A stretch of 64,000 nt of DNA from Octopus sinensis (taxonomy: Eukaryota). The stretch is from assembly GCF_006345805.1 (NCBI RefSeq), contig NC_043000.1, positions 115,258,001 through 115,322,000 on the forward strand. The letters are read 5' to 3'. Below, one piece after another: positions 14,068 through 26,780 of the stretch. A program made the translations under genes and the position numbers. Each line of letters opens with the position of its first letter. The stretch's first letter is position 1. The notes beneath the pieces are model-generated. The model was given only the letters and a program-made list of their open reading frames with translations. It was not told the origin of the DNA and made no database searches.

Positions 14068-15749
14068 GAAGAGGCTTACCAAAGATGGTGTGCAGTGGGA
14101 CTGAACCCAAAACCGCATGGCTGCAAAGCAAGCCCCTTAACCACATAGCTATGTCTGCAATTAAATGAAAATGTTTGAAAATCAATGGAAGAATGTAGCA
14201 CGGATGTTGCAAATGAATGTAACCTCATGAATGCGATGCAGGATGTATCTCAGGTATCAGTGGCGAGGTGGGGCTCGTGGGGTTCAAATTGAACCCGCCT
14301 CCCCACTCCATCCATAATGTTTTCTGGTCAGTTCTGTCATTCGATTTATTTATATTCTATTTTGTAAATTTTTAATGTCATCTTAATGTAATATCCATTC
14401 GTCCATCTGACTCCAATCAGATTGTGTTGTCCTTTCCTGTGTTATCCCCTTGTGGGAAATAAAAAATCCACTTATATGCGAAGAAGTAAAAAAAAAGATG
14501 GGTTCAGTTGATTAAAATTTGCCAACTATTTACATATTGTGCATACTAAGTTTTAGGATAGGTACACTGTGTTCCTATGCATTGTAGGGGATGACTGGGT
14601 TAGCAGTTAGGAAGGGCATCTGGTCAGGAAAGACTAAATCAAGAAGTCATGTCCAACCCATGATAATATGGGGAAGTTATCATTTACGTCCTTTTTTCTA
14701 CACTAGTATTGGTTAGATGCTCTGACAAGAGCCGAGGAGTCGGACAAATGTGCCAAGCCCCGGTGACAATATTTGTTTTATAAATACATAATTACATCGC
14801 TGGATCCATTTACTTCTGACATGTATTAACCAACGTATGCAAGAAAAGGTAATGTTGTGCAAGTATAGACATGCAAGTGTCATGTATTATTGATGCTGGG
14901 GAGGAATATCTAGGTAAAGAAAACAGGGAAGCAATGCGGTTAGATTAGAGAATGACCAACTGATGCAGAATTGAGCAGCAGTGGTTTAGTAAGCTGTACT
15001 ATAGAGTTTATCAACGTATGAAAAGAATGGATGTCAAATCAATGAGGATTTTTGCAGGCTAAAGAGGTTTTGTTTACTATAAATAGTCAACGGTTCTATG
15101 ATGATAAGCCTAACAAAGAATCCATTGATTAGTGCTGTAGTTATTTTTTTTTTATTTTCAAAGTTTTCTTGAGTGCCTGGACTAAGGCCAGTTACCTAGT
15201 TTCCATGGGGATAAGTGACCAAGATCACAATATCCTCATGAATGGAACACCAATCCATTGCAATGTTTAAGGCCAGCAATTTTTGACAGAAGGGAACAAT
15301 ACCCAGCTAGTACTTTATTTTGTCAATTCTGAAGGCACGAAAACCAAGTTGACTTTGGCAGGATTTGAACCCAGAACATACAGAGCCAAAAGACATGCCA
15401 CAATACATTTTGTCTGACATGCATAACAACTCTGCTAGTTTGTGACATATAATAATCAAGAAGGACACAACATTACCTGAATGGATCTCACTGCAGGGAA
15501 CAAGCATCAAGAACTCGTGAATGCAATTATCTGCGATAGACAAGCCTTCTTTACAAAACCTACAGTTGAAGCATTATCTCTATGGATTCTTGTGATTTAT
15601 AAAAGGGTTTTGTATATTAGAGTGGTCTTCTTGGAATTAAATATATAGTGCCCATGTTAAAAGACAGTTGACAGAACATGGAGGGAGATTTGATTGGTGC
15701 ATTGAGCTAATGGTGTGACTACACGGAACCTACATTTGATGGTATAAAA

Positions 15750-16417
15750 CAATGGTTCTCAACCTTTACACTACCAAAGACCCCTTTTATTTAAAGGTGT
15801 TTTTCCACGAACCCCTTTTAATATGCTTATCTTTATATGTGTGTGTGTGTGTGTGTGTGTATACTGTCATGTTCTTGTTACTACTTTTACCCCTCCACAA
15901 AAAAATTCCAAGTTTTATTTAATTTGCTTTGCAGGAAGGACTGTTTCAACGAAGTTGCATCTTGCCCTTACCTTCGAAATGCAAAGTAGATGAAACAGGG
16001 ACAACTGAAGAAGGAGAATATTCCTTGTGTTGTATGTCTTGTACTCTGCTTTTTTCGTTGTTTGAAAAATAGTTCGTTTCCATGTTTTTGTTTCTCGTTG
16101 CGTTCAACGTTTTTTTGATGTCCTGCACCCATATATGCATGTATATATACATATAGATGTAGGTATGTACATATATGTATATATGCATATAGATGTAGGT
16201 ATGTACATATATGTATATATGCATATAGATGTAGGTATGTACATATATGTATGTATATTGTAGATCTTTAGCTGGGCTAAAAAGTCACATTCGATAACAG
16301 CACCAATAACAGTTAAGCAACCATCATATATATATATACATATATATATGAAATTTTGAATTTAGTTCACAAACCCAGTACTACCATTGCAGACCATACA
16401 TAGGTTGGGAGCCACTG
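15750..16417. mobile_element. hAT (Charlie-like) MITE with nested repeats
   Basis: TIR caatggttctcaacct / aggttgggagccactg; perfect 8-bp TSD GTATAAAA (15742, 16418). Confidence 0.8.
16150..16255. repeat. 36-bp tandem repeat
   Basis: gcatatagatgtaggtatgtacatatatgtatatat, about 3 copies. Confidence 0.85.
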
Positions 16418-18394
16418 GTATAAAAGATGCAGAGCATATAAGATGCACCCTAATTTCAGCAGTACATACTCAGGAAAATACATTATTAGCGCATTAAAGC
16501 ATGTAATATGGGCCCAACTTCACATATAGGACTCAGGGTGATATTTTGAGACATTTTGGGGGGAAGGGTAAAAGTGTTATCTTTCCATCATATACATTCA
16601 GAAAAACTGAAGGACCACTGCAATAAATGTGTGAATCTGAGAGGGGAACATGTTCAATATAGTTATAGCTGATCCTCCCGTATTTTCTTTTACTCAAAGC
16701 CAGAAACTTTTCAACAACCTCCTCGTGTGCGTGTGTGCGTCTATTTACAAATTTGTGGTCTTGACCCTATACGAGAAATTCTTATTTCTCGAACTCATAA
16801 ACTTCAGAGAGACTGATACAAAAAAAACTGGTGATAAACTAAGTAATAATAGTAGTAGTAGTAATAGTAGCAAGTATAGTATAAATCACAGCACTTTAAG
16901 TCTAGCAAGTGTTGTATGGTTTCAGAAATCTACGACTGAGATTCAGTTTCAATTCCCAGCTGAAGTTATTTCATTTGGGAAAGGCATGGATGACGCTACG
17001 GATTTTCTCGCTTCCCTTAAAGCAGAAAGGATTTCGTGTTTAGCTACAAAGAAGCAAATACAACAATACAAGAAACTAACAATATAAGATCTGTTATAAT
17101 TCGGTAGCTAACGGTAATGATCTTGAGGTCACAATTAAGCCAATTAACCATTATAAAATGTCAGGTGTGAGTGGGTTTGCGTCACAGACTCAGATCAACG
17201 TGGTCGCTCGATTTGCTAGAAACAGCAGCCTACAGTTACACTCTAACCATCTTAAGAAAAAAAAGGAGTGTATAACAGTTCATAATATACTGTGCCTGGA
17301 GAATAAACGGGATGGTCACGATTTGGAAACTCCTCGGACTGTAGATTTGTTGGTCAGGGTTAAACAACAACAGTACCGTTTTATAAGTCGTAGTAATAGT
17401 AGTATGTGGTGGTGTCAAAAGTGTTAGCAGCAGCAGCAGCAGCCAAAAATAATAACAGTCCAGCAATAGTGTTCGGCCCCGAGGCAACCCCAGCCACCAT
17501 TCACCTAAGCCGAACTACGATCAAAAGAATTCCACCTATGACCATGCTGTCTTTTCGCCAGACATCGTTAACTGTTGTCCTTCTTTCTTTGTTCAAAAAC
17601 GAATAATGATCTGAAAGAGTTGGTTACTATTATTTCTAGCAAGTCCTTAGAGCCCCCCCCCCCTGCTTGACTGATTTGTTTGTTGTTATTGAGATCCAGT
17701 TCAAAACTGGTCGAGCAGACATGTGATCAAAGACATTCCAACCGCGACCATCGTTGTTTAAGAGCTTATCAAAGACTATCTAATTCTCATGTACTCTTGT
17801 ATATTTAAAAGGCGGCATGGTGTTACTCTAGAGCTTTCTGGTCGAGCGACCGTGTACAAGATACTTCACTGATGATGATGGTGATGCCTGATACAAAAAG
17901 TAATAATAATAATAGTAGTTGTAGTAGAGCTAGTGTTATGTATGGTAGTGGTGGTATACTAGTAACTAGAAACTATTTACTAGTGTTATGCGTGGTAGCG
18001 GCCTCGTAGTAACTGGAGTGAATAGGTCTATCACTAATAACAGAGAAGCTTCTGATAAAACAGTACAATTAATGATTATTATACAAGGTAGATTTAATAA
18101 TGTCATACACTGACACGCTGAAATGAATTTATTGGAAAGGTACAGTCGACTAACATATGACTGGTATTGAGTCAACTACCCCAGAACCGAGGGCAGTATC
18201 TCCTCCCGCGGTATTGAACACGAAAATAGTCTTAATCTGTTTCCGTTATTCCACTGACTACACGGGTATTAAAACAAATATATATATCTATATATATATC
18301 AATTAATACCACTCACTGGTAGAACCAGTAATAAAAGCAATACTTAATATTCGACATACCCCCACCACAAACTCTCTCTCTCATAAATATATAC

Positions 18395-18429
<35 letters not shown>

Positions 18430-20539
18430 TATGTGTGTGTGTGTGTGTATAAAATAGATATATATAAAGCATGCAACCCACTTTTTTTGTTTTCCTTTAA
18501 TATACATTTCATATTTTGTTAATTATCAATACTGCTTACTTAATGTTTTTGTATGTACATATATACATACATACAGCACACTATAAAAGTGTTATATATA
18601 TATATATATATAATATATATATATATAGGATGGAAGTGGAAACTTTAAGTTTTTTTTTTCAGCAAACCTAAAACTAGCGCAGATAATGTTTCTTTTTAAT
18701 TGGATCTTTTTCCTTTATATATTTCTTTTACATAAAGGGTCATAAATTTATGGGATTCAAGTCGAAAACTAATAGTTGGTAAGAAACATTACATAAAAAC
18801 TAAATGCTATATTCGTCTCAATCCACGAAAATTGCATACGTTAATAATGTTGGGGGAAAATAACTGAACAGCTAACCCCTTTTTCTTTTAATTATAACAT
18901 AATTAACTTCCGTTGATTTGTCCTAAAATTTTTCTTTTTCGTTGGTTAATTTAGTTCAGATATTTTTTAGGGGCTTTTGAATATTTGATACCCAGCATAA
19001 ACAAGAAAAGGGGCTGAAAGTATAGAGCACACCAAGCTAAGCATTATTTAATACATTCTGCAATGCAAGTGACACACACATTACCTTCACCCTTCCGATG
19101 GAATTTTAACAACTTCGTTTCACAAAAACAAGTACAACAAAAAAAGCTGTTGTACTAAAAACAAAACAACTATATCATAAAAAGTTATTAAAAGTCCATC
19201 AGATGAAACTAATGAGTGATGGTCACAACTTTTAAAGATCTTAAATTGCTATTAATTTTGCAACCATTTAGGTATGTACTTAATGCTCCCAGCATTTGAT
19301 TAAAGTTTGGTTGCAAGATGTTAAGAATTACTTCTGTATGTGTTTCTTAGTTAACTACTTAAATGTAATCAATTTCTTTTTATTCCTTCAATAAACTTCT
19401 CCAATCAAGAACTTGCTAATTACTCCACATTTTTTTTTCAATCACTCGTGGTGCCTAAAGAAACCTCTAAATTTTTGCCATTTACCAAAAAAAGAAAAAA
19501 GGTTTTTAATCACACAATGTGTGTAAGAAACCTCTTAAATTTTTACTAATTAACAATAATTTCAATTTCAATCACTGATGGTGCCTAAGAAATATCTTAA
19601 ATTTTTACAAAGTACCAAAAATTATTTTTTTAATTACTCAATGTGCGTAGAAAAAAAAAATCTCCTAAATTTTTTAAAATTTCTTTGACAAAAACGAAGG
19701 GTTACACTGGAATTAACACAGTTATGTGAGAGAGAGATAGAAAAAAAAGAGAGAATTCTTTTCTCTTTTACATAAGAAAAATATTTTTCAATCATTCAGG
19801 TGTGTAATAAATCTCTCCGTACCTTTTTAGGTGCTGTCGGCAAAACTTAGGCATTACAAATAATTTAATAACCAACATTTATTAGTATTTATTTCTTTTC
19901 ACGAACCTATAAAACGAAAGGCCATAAAAAAAATAAAACCATTCTATAATTATGGTAAGTTACCATTAGGATATATATTTATATCTACTTAAGTCTTTGC
20001 ACTTGCTTAGGTTTGGTGCAAGCAAAAAACTTAAGGGCAACTATATAATTAGTTTCTGGTAGGTTTCCTTATATATGTAAATTGGTTACGTATCTTAAAA
20101 TACACGAAATATTATACATGAAGTGGAACCAAGAAAATATAGAACTTTTCGTTTTTATTAAATGAAGTAGCATGGCATAGAGCAAGCTAGACGAATATGG
20201 GGCAAATGTTATAAGATGTAAACATACCTGGAGGCTGTGTAGGGTACATGAGGTAAGTAATGGGCTGGGATAAAAGTTGATGTCTTGTAGTGGTAGTCCC
20301 AGTTTCCAGCTGCTTGAAGGATGTGTTCGAATAGCAGGAAGGGAAACGTCCCCAGTTAAGTGACGGAATAAAGCGAAGGATAGATACTCATACATATATG
20401 ACCGATTTAGAACAAGAGAACGACAGAAAAAAGAGAATATGGAGAGATATGTTTATTTATGTATGTATATGTGTTTATAGGTGGATATATGTATGCGTGT
20501 GATATAATATATAGATAGACGTAAGAAGGAAAAGTGCGG

Positions 20540-21230
20540 CAGGCTGACGGCGGGAGAAGAGACAGACATAGAGAGAGAGGGAGACAGAGAGAGCAGGAAG
20601 ACAAAGATAGAGAGAGAGGGGGAAGTCAAAGAGAGAGAGGAAGGAGTAGAAAAGGCGGCAGACACATATATAGAGAGAGAAGGAGTAGACAGAGAGGGCG
20701 ACAAAGCGAGAGAGGAGGAAGACAAAGATAGAGAGGAATGAGTAGAAAAGGCGGCAGACACATAGAGAGAGGGAGAAGGAGTAAACAGAGAGGGCGACAA
20801 AGAGAGAGAAAGGACTAGAGAGGCGGAGGAAGACAACAGGAAGAGAGAGGGTAAAAGATTGAAAGAAGGAAAAGAGAGTTGAACAGATTTGATAGAGTAG
20901 AATAGGAATAGAAAGGAAAAGAGGTGAAGGGAGGGAGAATTATGCGAAGTAAAAAAAGTGCGGGGAATGAGAGAGTGAAGAAGGTGAGAGAGAAATAGAA
21001 TAATAAAGATTTAAAAAAAGAAAGATAGACAAATAGAGAGAGAGAGGGGAGAATGGAAAGAGTTTGTTGGTTAGGGAGGGAAAGAATATCAGAGTTGAAA
21101 GAGAAAAAGAAAAGAGCAAAACAATAAGAGACAGACAAAAAGTGGAGGAAGGCAGACAGCAAAAAAAAAAACGATGCGTGCAAATGAAGGGAGAAGAAGA
21201 CAAGTGTAAGAGGAAAAAAAGGTAGAAGAG
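20540..21230. repeat. Long GA-rich (polypurine/polypyrimidine) low-complexity tract with an internal duplication
   Basis: aaggcggcagacacata...gagggcgacaaa at 20652 and 20748. Confidence 0.85.
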
Positions 21231-21886
21231 AAGTTATGGCGGTCGACAGTAAAATTCGAACTACTTGTGACCCATATAAAACGTCCCAGCTACAAACAAC
21301 ACAGAACAGGACTAAACTTTAATGAAACTAAATAAAAACGCAAATAGAGAAATGAACCATGTTAAATCATTTTTCTGTTATTTTTTATTTTATTTTCTGA
21401 ATTTTTTTCTAAGTCATTCGCAATTAAAATCAATGACAGTCTAAGTGAGGGAGGGCTGATGAAATTATTACGTGTTTGCATAGGGAGGGAAGAAAAAAAG
21501 TGTTTTAGGGTGACAGAGTGGCGGGTTAAGGTGACATAATAATATAAACCTGATTGAATTAATTATATCATTGGTTCTGTCGATGAAGACATCAAAAATA
21601 GGGTGTCTTTCACCTTAGGAAGTATTTTTATTTAATTATTTTTTAAATTTAGTGCATAGTTATATTGTGCTGTGTCTGTGTGCGCGCGCGTGTGTGTCTG
21701 GGTTATTTCTCATTCCGTTTACCTCCCACTGACACTTGCGTAATACAATAGCATCAAAGGGGAGCGAACTCTGTTTCATCAAGTCCTTTTTGGTGGATGG
21801 GAGGAAATATTCGTTATTGACCTCGATTCCCGAGGTCGCGAGTTCGTATATTGTTACCGACGTTGAATTGTATCTTCTAGCAAACG

Positions 21887-21926
<40 letters not shown>

Positions 21927-23311
21927 TAATAATTAACAGAAAATAGAATCAGTATTCAATGTTCTATAAAGCATTAAATACGATACCTGCTTTCTGTTAA
22001 TTATCATTTCTATTCAGTTGTGTCTGGGAGGGTCATTTTCTTTTTGTGCCTTATAATGTAACACACACGCCGGTAAAATTTCCACTTTTTTCTTATTTTT
22101 ATTGTCCTAAAATTTTCGTTGTGTCTTGCAACCTTTTCAATAGTTTTGACTCTCACATAAGGCACAAAAAGAAAATGACTCACCCCAGACACAACAGAAC
22201 ATGCTTCAACACACGAACTCATATAAAGAATCTTGCAAACCAAATCCAAAAACGAAATATTATTTCTATTATTTAGCTCGTATTTCGCTCATTCGCATTA
22301 ACCGAGGTTTTATTTCCCCGCTTCTTACTATAGATATTCGAGTGAGGTGCAAAACTCGTTACTGAGCCCGATCTTTAGTCACGCTCGCAGCACCTTTATA
22401 TATATATATATCAAAGAGTACAGTATCATATGCCAATCGGCCGTAATGGATTTAAAATACTGTACACTTTGCTTAATATACGCACTGTACTGACAAATAT
22501 ACGACGAGTGCATATATTTTTTCTGACTTATGGATTCTTAGACGACTGTACGTGTGTGTGGAAATTATTCGTGTTCATATACCGAAAGGATGAAAGTCGA
22601 AGTTGAGATCGTCTTTACCTTCCATCATTTCGGGGGTCGATAAATTAAGTACCAGTCGATATAATCAATTTTATCTCATCCCCTGAAATTGCTGGTCTCG
22701 TGTCAAAATTTAAAACCAATATATTTTTTTAAATTATAAGAGATAAGCACTAGGGGTAAGCTTCACTCACCCAGTTGTACCAATTTCATTAACTGGTGCG
22801 CCGTTCACGCTCGATTAAATCAAAAGAATCATACTTTATTAGATCTTCGACAAGCAAAATATTCCAGTTAATGGAAGATTTCTCATTATCATTTACTTCA
22901 CTCACGTTCTTGGGAAAAGTATAAACTTTATCATTGCCTTTTTCCCTCCTTTATAAGTCTGATAACTTCCTATCCTATCATTTACTTCGTAAATTTCTTT
23001 GAGCGTGAGACGACATTATAGCGTGTTTAGTTCTGTTCCCTTACATCCGGAGTTCAAATCAAACTTTACCTTGCACCCGCATTTTGTGGTCGATAAAATA
23101 AAGTATTAATCAAGTATTGGGGATCGATTTAATTATTCCGATTATCTTACAAAAGGTGACTAAACAGATTTCTAGATAATTTACTTTCATAATTTTAATT
23201 TTTTTTTTTTCATATTTCAACCAGGACACCCTCAGATTTACCCTCTCTCTCTCTCTCCCTTTCTTCCTCATTTGCTTTATCTTTCTATCTGTATGGGAGG
23301 AAGTATGTTAA

Positions 23312-23541
23312 GGGCGGCGAGCTGGCAGAAACGTTAGCACGCCGGCGAAATGCGTAGCCGTATTTCGTCTGCCGTTACGTTCTGAGTTCAAATTCCGCCG
23401 AGGTCGACTTTGCCTTTCATCATTTCGGGGTCGATAAATTAAGTACCAGTTACGCACTGAGGTCGATGTAATTGACTTAATCCGTTTGTCTGTCCTTGTT
23501 TGTCCCCTCTGTGTTTAGCCCCTTGTGGGTTGTAAAGAAAT
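23312..23541 (+). mobile_element. SINE family A, representative CpG-intact copy (others at ~1077, 4500-4740, 6000-6570, 9290-9490, 10180-10780, 13803, 26850, 46610-47800, 59368, 59946)
   Basis: ggcggcgagctggcaga...gagttcaaattccgccgaggtcgac...gtaaagaaata; more than 15 dispersed copies; tRNA-like boxes. Confidence 0.85.
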
Positions 23542-23720
23542 AAGTTAATTAATTAGTTAAATCATTAACCAACTGAAATTGATAAAGAAAATGAAACAGA
23601 ACCAGTGCGTGTGTGTTTATCATTGGCATAATGATCATTCCGAGATACGACAAAATATGTTTCAACACACAAGTAACATTACAAATCTTGCATATCAAAT
23701 ACAGTTTTGATCATTTTCTT

Positions 23721-24815
23721 TTAATAATAATAATAATAATAATAATTGTGTACAGTGCTCAGGTGCACTACAACTCATCTAAAGTGTATATATAATCAGG
23801 TGAAGTTTCGGCGGATTTCGGAAAGCATGAGGGCCTTAAAAGATGCAGTGTCATGGCAGTCAACAACTGACGCAGGCAGTTTATTCCATGCTTCAGCAAC
23901 TCTGAGCGTGAAAAAATGTTTCCGAAAGTCATGGGAGCTGTATTGTTTTCTGACTTTGTAGGCATGTCCACGTGTGTTAGACACATGGAGATCAAAAAGG
24001 TGTTCAGTGTTGTTGTTGGTGAGGTGGTTGATAACTTTGTGGGTGTTTACCAAGTCCGTCGCCAAACGCCGGAGCTTCAGTGAATCCATGCCCAGGGAAA
24101 CAAGGCGCTCAGAATATGGTAGGTGTCTGATGGAGGGTATGCGTTTGGTTGCACGTCTCTGGACAGATTCCAGGAGGTCAATGTTCTGTGCAAGATAGGG
24201 GTTCCAAACTGATGATGCGAATTCCAAGTGTGGTCGTACCATAGCTGTATACAGTTTTAAATAGATGGCTGGAGAGCGGCTAACAAAAGACCTGCTGAGT
24301 GATGCCAAGACACCCTCGGCCTTCCTGACAATCTTAGAGATATGCTTTGACCAACGCAAATCACTGCTGACAGTGATGCCTAGGTCACGCTCGCAAGAGG
24401 ATTTCTTGATATCAGTGTTGTGGAGGGAGTATGTGAACGCAGGGTTTTTTCTCCCAAAATGCATGGTGGTACACTTGTCCACAGCCAGTTTCAGTTGCCA
24501 GTCTGTGATCCATTGCTGCATTGTGTCTAGGTCTGATTGCAGGAAAGAGTTGTAGACATCAGGATCTATCCTCTTGATTTCAAGGTACAGCTTGATGTCG
24601 TCTGCATATTTCAATACTGTGGCATTCTTTAAATTGGCATCTATGTCGTTAATGTATGCCACAAACAAGAGGGGGCCAAGGACAGATCCCTGTGGTACAC
24701 CCGATGACATCTCATATGGTGTAGAGTGCTGTCCTAGAACTGTGACTACCTCCTTTCGGCTGAGGATGAAGGATTTCAACCAGTTAAAAAGGTCATCCCC
24801 CACACCCATTGCAGA
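23721..24815 (-). mobile_element. 5'-truncated CR1-clade LINE, near-identical to 51158-52240
   Basis: 342-aa RT C-terminal ORF differs by only a few residues from the 645-aa ORF; same 3' UTR and (ATT)n tail. Confidence 0.95.
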
Positions 24816-24970
24816 TTGACTCAAATGCTTGGATGAAAGGTATGTAATACTGGTGGGGTGCAGGTCTCATCCGTTACATTAAATTATTTGTTGAAGGAAA
24901 AGCCAAGACTTCGAATATTTTCAACAGCATATATATTTTTTTATTTTTGAATTCGCAATAATATATATAT

Positions 24971-25650
24971 ATCATCATCATCATCATCATTTAATGTCCG
25001 CTTTCCATGCTCGCATGGGTTGGACAGTTCAACTGGGGTCTGGGAAGCCAGGGGCTGCACCAGGCCCAGTCTGATCTGACAGGGTTTCTACAGCTGGATG
25101 CTCTTCCTAACGCCAACCACTCTGTGAGAGTAGTGGGTGCTTTTTGCGTGCCACTGGCACAGGTGCCAGACGCGGCTGGCAACGGCCATGATTGGTTGGT
25201 GCTTATTACATGCCACCGGCACGGAGGCCAGTCGGGGCAGCGCTGGCAGTGGCCACGTTGTGATACCAGTACCGGTACTGGTATCACAACTACAATTTCC
25301 ATTGATTTTGATCGATTTCGATTTCACTTGCCTCAACAGGTCTTAGCAAGTAGAGTTTTATGTCCCAAGAAGGAAAGGTATACATAAGCAGACTGGCTAC
25401 ATCCCAGGTAAAGGCCACTGGTTATGGTCTCACTTGTCCTGCCAGGTCTTCTCACGCACAGCATACTTCCAAAGGTCTCGGTCACTAGTCATTGCCTTGG
25501 TGAGACCTAATGTTTGAAGGTCGTGCTTCACCACCTCATCCCAGGTTTTCCTGGGTCTACCTCTTCCACAGGTTCCCTCAACCGCTAGGGTGTGGCACTT
25601 TTTCACACAACTATCTTCATCCATTCTCACCACATGACCATACCAGCGCA
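24971..25650 (-). mobile_element. Short 3' fragment of the same RTE LINE with 3' UTR and (GAT)n tail
   Basis: RWYGHV...RGRPRKTW...DK* followed by the same UTR as 41268-41805. Confidence 0.9.
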
Positions 25651-25924
25651 AGGCGAATCGGTAGCTATGGAGCTAGTCACAATGGTTAAGTGATGTGAAC
25701 CAAATCCTGTCTCGTTCCAGTATAGTGTAGCATCACCACGTGGTGGCAGCCTGGGATAGCTGTGAGAACGCATCCGTTCTATTCGACTGTCAGCTTCAAG
25801 AGAGATCGATGCATGGGAAGTTTTGCTGCTGCTAGTTCTCTGCACATGCACAAGAGGGAACTTCCGGCATGCCTCCCAGAAGAATCCAGCTCTGCACATG
25901 CGTGCTGAAGACTTCAAAAATGGC

Positions 25925-26780
25925 GTCACTACAATATCAAGAGGAATCAAACTTCTAGACCAAGTAATGAACGTCATGGAAAAAGATATAGTCTGGTTGA
26001 TCCATGATAGAGTGAACCAGGATGAGATGTCTTTTGACTTTGTCCTCAGAAGAGGCACCACAGGTGTTATATATTTCTAATGAGACAACTGCAGGAGAAA
26101 TACCTGGCTAAGAACAAACCACTATTTCTGGCTTTCGTTGATTTAGAGAAAACATTTGACAGGGCACCACATTCAGTAACTTGGTAGGTTTTGAGGAAAC
26201 TAGGCGAAGATGAATGGCTTGTATGGGTAGCTTAAGCTATTTATAAGGATGCTGTAAGTAAAGTGAGAGTTGACAATGATTTCAGTGATAAATTGTGAAA
26301 GTAGGAGTTGAGCAAGGTTCAGTCCTCAGCCTTCTCCTACTCATCATAGTTGCCCAAGCCATCACTGAACAGTTTAAGACCAGCTATCAATGGGAACTCT
26401 TATATGCTGATGATCTAGTCCTCATAGCTGAATACATGGGGGAATCAGGAGAAATTCCAGGCATGGAAGCAAAAACCTAGAATTGAAGGGTCTTTAGGTT
26501 AACCTGTTGAAGACTAAGGTTTAAGTAAGTATAAAACATAACAGGATCCTGTTACCTTTGGGAAAATGGCCTTGCTTAATATGTAGAAAAGGGGTAGGTA
26601 TAAACTCTATACACTGAATTTGATGTAACCTATAGACATGCAAGAAATGTAGTAGATTCACTGACAGACTATCCAAGAATGTAAAGTTCATATGCACTTA
26701 ATTCACTGGGGCAGTAGATAGCACACCAGAAATTGAGTCTCTTAAATGATGTCTCATTAGAAGTAGTTGATAGATTTTGA
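25925..26780 (+). mobile_element. Decayed RTE LINE RT fragment
   Basis: RGIKLLDQVM, VGVEQGSVLS, WELLYADD and remnants of the Cys-rich insert; many stops and frameshifts. Confidence 0.85.

Noticed and set aside
15995-16040. CTGAAGA followed by a short hairpin as another hammerhead
   Set aside because: No GAAA or stem III follows; not supportable from this copy
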